Part shown: positions 23,804-35,600 of the stretch, one piece after another
Layout: every line of letters begins with the position of its first letter
Numbering within the stretch: the stretch's first letter is position 1
Notes under the pieces: model-generated
What the model saw: the letters and a program-made list of their open reading frames with translations, nothing else
What the model was told of the DNA's origin: nothing
Databases searched by the model: none
Source of the DNA: Yuukianura sp. NJ FZ-2021
Lineage: Eukaryota
Length of the DNA: 64,000 nt
Direction of reading: 5' to 3'
Assembly: GCA_046563655.1 (NCBI GenBank)
Contig: CM102290.1
Coordinates: 8,804,001-8,868,000 of the forward strand
Translations under genes and position numbers: made by a program

Positions 23804-26800
23804 ATGAAAATGTCTGAACCTCGGAAACTGATACCGAGTCTTCCGACTAATGGCATGAGAAGTCACAATGGGACCCTTAGCCCCCCAGCCCATCTCTCAG
23901 GCCCATGTCCAGAAAGTGACCTCAAGGACGAAGAGGACTCGGATATAATGATGGAGTATGAAGAAGATGACGAAGGACAAGCCTACGTTGGTGACACATC
24001 TGAAGACGGCGGAGAAGATGAAGATGAGGCAGGGCTCATGGAGGAAGAGGAATTGCTTGAAGATGAAGATGAGGACTTGGTCCACTCGAAGGGCGAAGAG
24101 GGCGCATTCAAAAATAAGGGGCTGAGGTCAAAGTTCAGCAATCGGCATTCGTTGTTACTTGGTGGCGGGCGGAGTGGAGGGAGTGGGGACAGACTGCATG
24201 ACCTCCGTCAAAATGCCCTGCTCCACCGCCACCACCTCCACCACCATGCTCAGAGTCTGTTTAACAGTGCGAACATCAGTAGTAAGCAGTGCAATGGTGA
24301 CCCCAGTGACAGTCCCCTCCAGGATAAAAAGACTGAAAAGAAACTGTCCTTTAGTGTAGCCTCACTCCTGGGCAAAGATAATGACAAGGACAAGGACAGC
24401 AGTGACGAGAGTACTGGCGAAGGAACCTGCTACAGGTACAAACAGCTTTTCAAACTTTGTAAAACAGTTTTGAAATTTAGAATTTACGTCTTACTTTTTC
24501 AAATTTTAGTGCAGGTTTTTTAGTAGCGATAGGTGGTGAACATTTTATATCAAACAATTGCACTCTAATTTTCCAAAAAAAAAATAGAACTATAAAAATT
24601 AAAGCCAAGAATTTTGCTGTCCGATTCCAAATTCAAAGTTAATATTGATCAAAACATGTTCGGGTAGTGATTAGGGTGCGGATTTTCAAAATTATTTCAT
24701 AAGCGTTCATGATCCGACACTTTTAGTTCGGTTCGTTAAGTCGCCATTGCGGTTCATTTCAAATCTAGATCATTGAAAAGAATTTTTTGAAAACCTCAGA
24801 AACAGGATTTAGTTGAAATGAACTGAAAAAGTGACTTTGACATGTCCCTTGGCGGGTATTTTTCTCTGTCCGTGTCCCTCTGACTGAAGTGTTATGTTGA
24901 TTCGTATCCAATTTCTGAAACCCTTTGAATAAAGAAAAGGGGGGACTTGGGATCTTTGGTCGGTGGACTTGGATTTCTGAACACAAGATTGTATTCCGAG
25001 ATCAGTCAAAAAGTCGGTTGTGGACGCTGTGTCCCCTCAAAGTGACACTTAAGGACCTAATCGCATTTGAAGTGACACTCTCATACCCATGTCCTTCACT
25101 GAATAATTATATTGTTACACCACCTTCAAATCCTAGTGTCCATGTTCGGGAGTCCCTGCAGGGTATTGTTGCTGCTCAAACTATTTTTAGACGTTATAAA
25201 TTGATTCCGCTTTTTCAGAATTTATTTTAAGAAATTTTAAGAGTCATGAGTAATTTATTGGATTCTATTATTTGGTAACTCCATTCATGATTCTGACACT
25301 CTACATGACATTTCGGCTCCTTTAAATAGAAAAAGATTTCATTTGAACAGAAAACGAAAGTGGATTTTCAAAAAGAGCCCGGTTTTCAATATTATGTAAT
25401 CCATAAGAATAACAAGAATTGATAGGGAAGTCTCTCCAGTTCTTTGAACTTAAGTTTGACATTGTCACCAAATTCAATTGAGACGCCGTCCCATGTTTTC
25501 TTAACACAAATAATAAAGTGTCCAAAAGGGCCCTTCAAGGGACATGATCTTCTCCTACACTTTGGCTACCAAAAGACCCTTGCCTTATTGTTGCCCTCTG
25601 AATAAGGCCCTGACCCTGACAAGCCGCCTCGTAAACAAAAAAAAAACACATTTTTAGCATGCTGCTTTGGCTCTTTGAAGAAATTGGAAAGTTTTGTTTC
25701 AAATAAAACTGGAGCAAATCGATATGTGAAACGAAATTAACAAATGGCAGCTCAAATAAATAAATTGTACTAATTAACGTTAGCTGGAGATTGACACCTT
25801 TATTAATCAGAAATGGGCAACAAATCAGTCAAAGGCTAGACAAGGGAAAGCATTTCCCCAATTCGTCATAGTGGTTTTTCTAATCCGACAGCCTGCTACC
25901 CGTCTCACCAATTTCTATATCAACGTGACAATTTTATTAGCATGTAGTTGACATCTTTGTGAAGTTTGGCAATGGACCTCAAACATGTCCTGGAAATTGC
26001 ATACAAATCCAAAGAAAACCGCGGACTCTGGCTCATGAAGAAACCATTCCCACCAATAAAAAAACTTTTTTTTGAAGAAAACGATTGGAGGTGGCTTAAA
26101 ACGTCGTAAAGCTGTAAGAAAAAAAAATCGAAAAATTTGACCAAAAAAAAATTCTTTTTTTTCTTGATCCGAAAACTTGTGGGTCCAGCTTCAAACTCTT
26201 GGAATATTTTTTTTGGCTCATTCCAAATTCAAAAATTGGTCAAAATTTGAAGGAAAAAATTCAGTTGTTCCGTTCAATTGTGATTTAGAAATGTATTGAA
26301 ACAAGAAAAGTTTTTCTGCCAATAGCCAATCAGCATTCGGAATCACACAAACGTTAGTTTGTATAACCCTGTTTCATTTGTTCCTGTCTGTCCGTGGAAA
26401 TAATTGACCACTTTGCCACGCCATGCCATGGTTTAAATGGGACTGAAGAGGGAACAAAGTTAAGTTTTTTAGTGGGCTGATTGATATGCTTAGACTCAGA
26501 ATAGTTGAGTTTGTCTAGTACATTTGGACTTTGTATGAAAAATCGATTTCGGACATACGAGAGTTCTATTACCAACGAGGTTCCCCTTCCTAAAACCTTA
26601 AACGAAAGTTCATGTTCTCCCACAAGGTTACTGGGCAATGCCTCTTAGTTTTGCTAAATTCTGAGGTACTTCTAAGAATACGGAAGAGAATGTTAGCTTT
26701 GTAAGGAACCGCTGAATTTCAAAATTGAAATGATTAGGAACGTGCAGGACTAAATTGTAAGGTCCATAATTCTGGGTGGTTGTGTCTTTCAAGTGGATCT

Positions 26801-29800
26801 TCCCACTCAAATTGATTGTTCTCAAATGACTTGTGGAAAGGATTTCCGAAACGTTTATTTATTACCCGCTAGACTTTAATTTGCATCATCCCTCCCTTCC
26901 TAATGAATTAAACCAACCTCTCATGATTTATGGGTCATGCTCGTTTGGTTCCCTGAGCCCTTCAAGGGCTCCGGTCACGGCAGATGCCGGGCTTCGACCC
27001 AGCCAAACCTAGAATCCACCATCCACGTTCCGCTGACTTTGAACTTTGACCTTAACCTTCCGTTTTGTTTTTGTTTTCAGCAAAGAGGAGAAGATCCTGG
27101 AAGCTGTGCGCAGAGCCAATTCTGCCCTAAGTTCCATGTCCGGAACACCGGAGCACAGCCCCACTTCGTCAAGGTCCTACTCCTCACCCATCTCACCCAT
27201 GGCCCCATCTTGGGCATTCCCGCTCCTCGGATGGGGCTACTCATCTTCACCTCAAAGTAAGTACCCCTGAGCCCTTCGTGGCTTTCAGTTCTACTCGGGC
27301 TAAGGTCATCGGTAGGGCCTCAGGTTAAGAATTTGAAAAAACCAGTTCTTTAAGTCTAGTCCATGATCACTACTAGTAGTAAGACTGTAGTAAATAGAGA
27401 CTTCGGAAGAGGAACGTAACCTGTCAGGGCCCTTGATGATTTGATTACTTGGGAATTGGATTCAAAGTGCCCACCAGATGGGGAGCAGAGGGACTCAGGA
27501 GAGCCCTTGCCCTGCGCACAGCAGGATCTGTCATTTCTGTACTTTTCCTAGTACACGCATGATCATAGCCAACACAGTCAAAGTTTTACATACAAACAAA
27601 CAAGATGCATCGATTGAATCAAACAATTCAAAAAACAGCTTTCACTCAAAAATCATTGTGAAATTTTGATTTTAGAAAAGTTTCGGTTCATGCTAAAACT
27701 TTCTCCAGATGGATACTGGCAGGGGAGTATTAAAAGCCTAATAGATTAAATTATACAACATAAAATTGGACCTAGTGTGACACGAAGGGACAATTGCTCA
27801 TTTCCGGGGGCCCTTTTTTCATTCGAGGAAATCCAAAAGTTGTGAAATCAGGGGCCTCTGTAATGGATGACAGTTTGAAAAGTTTAGTTGTAGCCGCCAT
27901 TTTGTTTACACATGAGAACAGAAGACTAAGGGCAAATGGGTACAGTAGAGGGGACTCGTGGATGTTACGGCAGGCTGGAACTGAATTGCGTGTCATAATT
28001 GAGTTGGTACTTAGGGCTAAAACGATGTTTTAAAAAATCTTTATACTTGACTCTGCTCCCGGGACAATTCAAATCGAGAGAGAGGGGAGAGCTTTAAGCG
28101 TCTGTCTCATTTCGACGCAACCGTTTTCAAAACTGGGGGCGGGGAGTTTCCAAAATACTTTTTTATTTCGAACAGGAAACGGAGTGCATGTCTTTGGTGA
28201 ACGTTTTCGGTGGCATGTCATCCCATCATCATAGTCCACTTGGATCCCACCATGGCCCCACTTTTTCCCTCCGCTCTTCATCATATCACAGCTTTAACTT
28301 GTAAACACCATAAATGCTCATTTCAACCCAAGTTTTAAGTAAATTATAATCCACACACAAAAACTGACACGTTCAACAGAAGGATTGCATAATTTTGAGT
28401 TAAAAAACAAAAGGTTGAATTGAAATTTCACGTCAACAGGATCTCACACTTTGGATAACTCAAGTCTCCACTCCCCTCGCTGCAATTAAACTCCTTTTAA
28501 TTAGAACTCGTATAAAACCATTTGAATTTATCTGCCAAACAGTTTTCCTGTAATTAAACCGCGAATTATTTCCATTGTGTCCTCTACAATTAATAACACA
28601 GTTCTAAAAGCTCCTCAAATTTGAAGTTGCGTGACGACACTTAAAAAGTCTTTACTGCCACAATCGAGCTGTTGCTCAGCCCTTCAGAAATTACTTTTTG
28701 ATCAATTTTTTGCGCCTTTTTTAGTAAAAAAAAACCTTCAAATATTAAATGCATGGTCGAGACGCGAAATATTGTAAAAACGAAATTTCTACATGTAGGC
28801 TACCGGACAAAATTTTACAAAAGAAATTTTCAGCGTAAATTTTGAAATTATGCAGTTTCCAATTGTTTAATTTCTTGAGGCTTTTCTAATTTTAGCAATT
28901 TTTAACATAGTTTTCGAAACTTTTGAATTTATGTTCAAATTGAAAATGTTTTCATAGAATTTATTTTTACGTACGGTTAATTTTTGGTTTAGTTGAAAGA
29001 AAAAATATTGAAAAAAGCAAAGGTCAAATTTATGTCTTTTATAATTGAAAAATGACAAGTTTTGGTTTTCTCTTTTCAGTTTAATCACATCCAATGATCA
29101 TGAAGTAGAAATTTACTTTTACCATTGCATTATCTCCCAAAAAAGTCCCCTGCCGTCACGCAATGGAAGTGAAGTGATGATGATCGCTGCATGAATAACT
29201 TCCCTGTCGCTCAATTTTCAACAAAAATCTGCAGCAGTCGAAGCTAATCTGCTGATATGTACTATGAGGGGGTTTCAATTCCATTTACAAACTAGGGAAT
29301 GAATGTTAGGGGATATGAGCATGGGGGGAATTATAATTACAAGTAAACACAATTATTCCCAATTGGAAATAATTGCTGCAGGAGTGGTTCCTTGTCAAAA
29401 ACAGCAGAAAAAACGAAAAACAAAAAACATCCTAGATCTGATAATTGCTTCCCTTTTAACTAACATGTAGCTTGCATTTGTTCAACTAAAAAATACTTGG
29501 CAAAATGGATGATCAAGGACAAAGAGAGGCGGAGTGGGAGATGTCCAAAAATTTTGCAAGAATCTAACGATCACTTCCAATAAAATGTTATTTGGTGGCT
29601 TTTAAATTTCCTTTTAGTCAAAACATACAAAGTGTTTCAAAAGAAAAGAAAATAAGCGCTTTAATATTTAATTGGAAAACTACTTTTGCCTACTCAATCT
29701 GTTTTAGGTTGACATCAGTTTGTAAGTGGCAAATGGAAGAGGGAGTCGTTGTAGTTAGAGTGGAACTAAATAATTAACAAATTGTGAATTTTCTTTATTT

Positions 29801-32394
29801 TTAAACAGAAAAGAAGGTTTTTGCTTTTTTCTACTAAATTATTTTTATGACACTGTCCGTGACGTGGTTTAAACTGGTTGGAGTTTGAGCAAAGGAGCCT
29901 AATTAATGTTTACAATTTGTTAGGTTTATGTTATTAAATTATTTGAAAGTGGGGTGTGTAAAATGTGAAATTTTAAACAAAATGTTGATTTCCAAATTGC
30001 TTTCAGAAGGAATCCTAACGCCCAGGATGCCCGGTCCTCCCGTTCGGTGTCAACTGCGGAAGCACAAACCGAATCGAAAACCGCGGACTCCGTTTACAAC
30101 TCAACAGTTACTAGCACTAGAGAAAAAGTTCAGAGAAAAACAGTATTTATCCATTGCGGAACGAGCCGAATTTTCATCCTCATTGAATCTCACCGAAACG
30201 CAGGTAAGATCACACTTGTTAATGAATTTGAATTATAATTAAATTTAGAATTACTAACAATAGTGTATTACTAAAAATTAAAAAGTGTCTGTTAGGAGTA
30301 GCGAAATGAAAATACGCCTGTCTCCAGGTAAGAATCTTTTGGAGAAACGTAAGGGTCCCCCAAAATTGAAAAATTGCTTCAACTTCCCTCCTTTATTAAG
30401 TGTTCACTGTTGAAGTTTTTGGTTATAAGGCTACCTGCATGTTTAAATTTTCCAAACCTAGGCTATGCACCCTGTCTCTCTGTCAGTAGGGCCTGTAGAG
30501 CACGAAAACTTGTTTTTGTTTTGGATCCGATTGATTGTTGAGCGTCGACTTTTGACTTTGGAAGAGAACGGAGGGAAGATTAGAATGAAAAGTGGAGTTG
30601 GTTGATAAATGACCTCTGTCCAGACCCAACACCAACACAGACCAAAGGTCAAGGAAGCACTTTAAATTAATGGGATCCCTTCATCACAAACCATCTTCAG
30701 CTCCTCAATGTAAATTTACATTTGGACTTGAGGAACCTATTGCATCTTGGAACGTCTGAACCCTGCTAGAGACATGCGCATGACACCTTCAACTTTTTCG
30801 AAATCAGAAGACGTGAGAGGTCAATTATGTTGACAGATTTGTTAATAAGAGGATTCAGTTACTCCCATCACACAAGACGTGTTTAGAAACTTAAATCCTG
30901 CCACTGTGTCAGTGACAAGCAAATTGACTTTTTTTTAAACTAAAGTTGTCAAACCAAAAAAAGTGAGACGCTTCTCCAAGAATGAGAATACGTTGACATT
31001 TTGACGTTTTTAAACCTTGTATGTCTACAAGAGCCCTTAGAAAGCTAATGGAGGGTCCCTTGAATAATTAAGGCCTCTTTGGTATGAAGACAGAAGTTGG
31101 TTGTTGACGTTGGAGAAAGTCCAAAGAAAGTTTAGGAGGCGTCGGTCTACGTTGTTGGCCAATGCACAAAACAAGAAATATGTCACCGTCGAGTATTTGG
31201 ACAGCTAATAATTCCATCAGTATTCATAATCGATTCCACTACAAAAGTCCAATTCCTTAGCACAACAATTACATGATAGTTCTTTTCTAGCAACCTTTCA
31301 CTGTAAAAGACCAGTTCGCAAAGACATTCCTTCCGATCGATACACTCTACCGGCCATTCCTGTACACAATTGATATCGCCCAAGCCTCAACCATTGTCTA
31401 TTCCTTTGAAATATTTTAAAAAGCTCCTTTCGGTTAATTTATCTTCACATTATTGGAAATCGGCTTTAAGTTAAATCTTAATTGAAATTGAAAAGTTTGC
31501 TGGAATAAGAAAGTATGATGGTAGTCCTGATGAGAAGTTGAAATAAGAGATCACTTCTACAGCAGCAGAGAAATAAAAATCGAACAGTGTTACTACTTTT
31601 ACTAAGATTTGAACAGATTTACGATTTCTTAGGAATGGTAGTAGGAGAAGGCCAACTTAAAAGTTACAGCTATTAATTCACCTTTCATCTTGGCTTCCTT
31701 GGTGTCCTTGTCATTCGCTGTTTTTTGTACGACGTGACGCTGCTGACACGTAGGGACCTGGAGACGCAGCGCAGAAGAAAGATCATCAGGCTCTGCATTC
31801 TTCTGCTGAGGTTTACTTATCTTCATCTCGCTTCCCTAGACTGGTCTTTTGTAATTTTGTATAGAAGACTCTTCTATAGAAATCCCACTTTTTAGGCAGT
31901 AAAAACATTCCTGATTGAATCCAAAGTGAATCGAAGTGAATTAAAAAGGAATCGAAACTGGTGAAATTTTTTTTATTATTTGAAAAATAAAACCAGGGAT
32001 TTATTAAATATTTGACTTGATATGAGAATATTACTCAAAATTTTTAAGAGAAAGAAGACGCTTTTGTTTTAAAATTGGTTGATGAACATGTATAATTTAT
32101 TTCAAAATTTTAAATCAAACATTGTTTGGGTTTCTTTTGCAAAGTTTTGTTTTTATTTTTTAGGTAAAAATTTGGTTCCAAAATCGTCGAGCCAAAGCCA
32201 AAAGACTTCAGGAAGCGGAAATTGAGAAGCTACGGCTTGCAGCAGCTCGTCCATTACTTCCGCCCTCACTCGGTGGGCTTCTTCCGCCGGTGGGTCCAGG
32301 AACCCTCATGAACCACCACCACTCACTCCTCGCTCGATCGGCCCACCTCAATGCAGCATTCAGCCTCAACAACCTCCTCAATCCCAAGATGTAG
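23804..32394 (+). CDS. Msx: Msx (msh/Drop) NK-class homeobox transcription factor, 411 aa; exons 23804-24435, 27081-27256, 30007-30203, 32164-32394
   Basis: Exons 3+4 give [75 protein letters not shown], the diagnostic Msx homeodomain and flanks. Exon 1 carries the eh1 motif FSVASLL. All introns are GT-AG with matching phases (2,1,0); total 1236 nt ending in TAG. The start could be ATG 23804 or 23810. Confidence 0.95.
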
Positions 32395-32423
32395 GTCAGA
32401 GAGGTCACGGAGGTCACTGACCT
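32393..32423. promoter_or_regulatory. cluster of four perfect nuclear-receptor half-sites (DR3-DR3-IR1)
   Basis: AGGTCA gag AGGTCA cgg AGGTCA c TGACCT read directly; function inferred. Confidence 0.5.
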
Positions 32424-32650
32424 CGTGGAGGATGACTGGTAACAACTGAATCCAAGTATTACACTACACTACCAGAAGAACCATGTAATTTATATCCAAA
32501 CTCAGGATCTAACTACTTTTAGTATAATTACAAACTACTTAATTATTACGTGAGACATGCTTTATTTCCCAACTTATCAAATCAACCATAGTATCATTTT
32601 GAAGTATTCAACTAATGACAACTGGATCGAAACGATCAATTCAGTTCTTC

Positions 32651-32656
32651 AATAAA
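32651..32656 (+). terminator. candidate polyadenylation signal of Msx
   Basis: AATAAA about 260 nt after the Msx stop codon. Confidence 0.4.
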
Positions 32657-35600
32657 TTCAAAATCAACCGGATCACCACTCGGAGCCTTTTTGAATATTC
32701 ATTTTGAAACTACAAGATTGTTTCTAGATTCAGTCAAAACAAAAATAAGTTCAACCAAAACAAAACCAAACAGTGCAGGTCATGGGTCAACCGAATAAGT
32801 TACGTTTACAGGAATTGCCAGTCCATAAAAATCCGTTTTTTGTTCCGTTACAGTCCAAATCAATAAGAAAACAGGAAGATGCTTTGATTGTACCAAATTC
32901 TGTGCAGCCTCGTTTGAATGCTTCTCGGCTTAATGACATGGCACGTTCTGTTTACACTTTTGAATTCAACATGGCGCTCATTACGAACTTAATTGTAGGA
33001 AACACAAATTAATTTCCCCGGGAAGGGGAGAGATCCTATCAAGCAGAATTTAAGTCCAAAATAGAACACTTTAGCATAAGAGGTTACAGAGGAAAAGGCG
33101 CTAATTGCACACAATTAAACTGTTTTCCCAAAATTGTAAACTGTTTTACCACTCCCCCTCTCCTTCTTACATTTCCTCTCCAATTCTAAATTTTTAGAAC
33201 ACAATTATCCTAATTTCTGTCAATGCGAAATACTTTTGGAAACAACTTCAATCTCAAGGCGTGACACCAAAAAAAAAACGCTCACGACGTTGAAAAGTTG
33301 TTGAACAGTTTTTCAAATCAAGTTGTCACAAAAATACGCTTGTCTTAAATTATGTATCTCACGTCTCACTTAAACCTAAAAGGGTGAGCAAGCGCGTACG
33401 TTTGAAATGGAATTGAGGGAACATAGGGTTGATGGAGACCTTAGCGCCGCTGCAATCATTTTGTTAATTGATTTAAACCTGTTTTTAGTAAAAGACTTTC
33501 TAACGTACACCAATACGCGGTCCATTTTTGACTCCACGCGTAGAGATACAGAAGTCTGGGCAGAAACTAAAATTATTTTGTCCATAAAATGCAAATTTTG
33601 AAATTTCAAGTTTCTATTTCTAATTAAGTGTCAACCATAACCCTATGCCTAGTTGGGACAAAACGATTTAATCCATGAAACGCTACTACGCAAACCCAAC
33701 AAAATGAGAAGCGCCGTGTGCGATCAAAATTTTGTGACTTTAATGGGCTACAGGTTTCCTTGGAAGGAAAAGGAATGACGCGACTGTTCATTTGCAAATT
33801 CGCATTAATTTGCAATTGTTTGCCAAAAAGACTGATGGGAAGAGTGTGTGATAGTAATTAGTTTTTGGTTGATTTGATTCTGAATAGGACTGGGTATAAT
33901 TTATGTGTCCAAAAGTTGATGATAAGTTCTGTGAGAACTCTGCGGTGAAACCAACTGCTCAAGAAATTCATTATAGGTGGCAAGAGAATGCAGATTTTTG
34001 GGCAGTTGCTATAGGAAACAAAGTGATCCAACCAGTTTTTGATTCATTTCATTACTCCCTCTTAAGGACTCCTCCAAGCTATCCACTACTGCTACTCAGG
34101 ATTTGGAATTGGAATTAATGACACCAAAAATCATGGGAAAACTATTTCACTTCTAAGCCACATTCAACAAAAAAAGTCACATGGAATGAATCAAATTCCA
34201 ATTTGCAAAATAATGGACAAATCAACACTAACATTTTCAGCAGGAACTGAAAATTGATCAAAACGAAACGTTTCTTAAGTTTTTTTAGCTTGAAAGAAGT
34301 TTGTGTTTTGCAAACCTCCAAAAACCTTCGTGGAATTGTTCTCAAACTAAAAAACTTGTTTACCGAAATTTCGTTTTGAGAATCTGTTTTTCCTTTTAGC
34401 ACAATTTCCAAAATCCTTCAAACTACTAATTTGTTTGTTGTTTTGACCTGGAGCAGAGACCTGTCAAGTGTAGATTAATCAACAAATAAATGGAAAACAA
34501 GTTAAGACAAATAGGAGCAGAGTCTTTGTTCAATTGATGATGAAGTGGTCTGCCCAAAGTGGACTTCGTGGACGTCCTTAAACCTGATCAAAGTCAGAAA
34601 CTAGCCTTGGGAACGACTTAAGACGGGATTTGCCGAGTGACCTTCGGCACTCTGCTGCTCCTTCTTTGCTAATTGCCCTCCATGTAGTTCAGAAGATTCA
34701 TGGTTCAATTCATTTAAACTTTAACTACCCGCCCTATTAAACCGGCTCAATTAAACTCAAGTCAATTGCAATTCCAATTAGTTAACGACAGCTACTACTC
34801 CCTTTCCTACTTTCAACTTTTCCAAGACCAGGAGCAATGGGATCATTGGTCTAAATTGCTCAAACTAAACCTTGTTTAAATCAATCCAATTAAACAATTC
34901 CAGATGCACCAAAATGTCAAAACACAAAGTGGACACTTGAAACTCACATTGCCCAATGTCAACGGTTTCTCACGTCCAATGCCATTCTCACAGTAGAGAT
35001 GAGACTATTAATCGCATCTCGGAATCGACCTAATGTATGACATCGTTTCGATTCAAATTTTACGGAGCATAGTAGTTCAAACCAATTCCAAAATATGGAA
35101 CATGATCGAAGTCCGATTCCGAATGTTTTGTAATTAACAAATTACATCAAAACAAAAACTTTCAGAGAAAAGGACTTACCCACGCATAAAATTTACGCAA
35201 ACCAATTTATTTTTATACTTTCATCAAAATTTTCTTGAATTTTTTTTTTATTTCTAAAGTTTGACGACGCCTTGCAAGTAATGCTTTTGAGTTTGTTCAA
35301 ATTGTATTCTCCTTATGTCCCAATGGTAAAACTAACCAACATTTTCGGAAGTTATGTTAAAAGGTACGTTGAAAAGTGTTCTGAAGTTGGTGTGTTGTAG
35401 AAATTCGTGTTGAAAAGTGCTACTGGAATTTACTTTGTGTGTAGGTTCCTCATTAAATTTTACTGCCTTCATTTTATGTGTCTGCAAGTCCAGTTTCCAT
35501 TAAAGCCCCACCTTCAAGCGTTTGGTGTCACCGAAGAGCGGGAGGTTTAGTTGCCTAATTGGAAGATTTAAGGACTGCTGAGGTGGTTGCTACGATAAGT

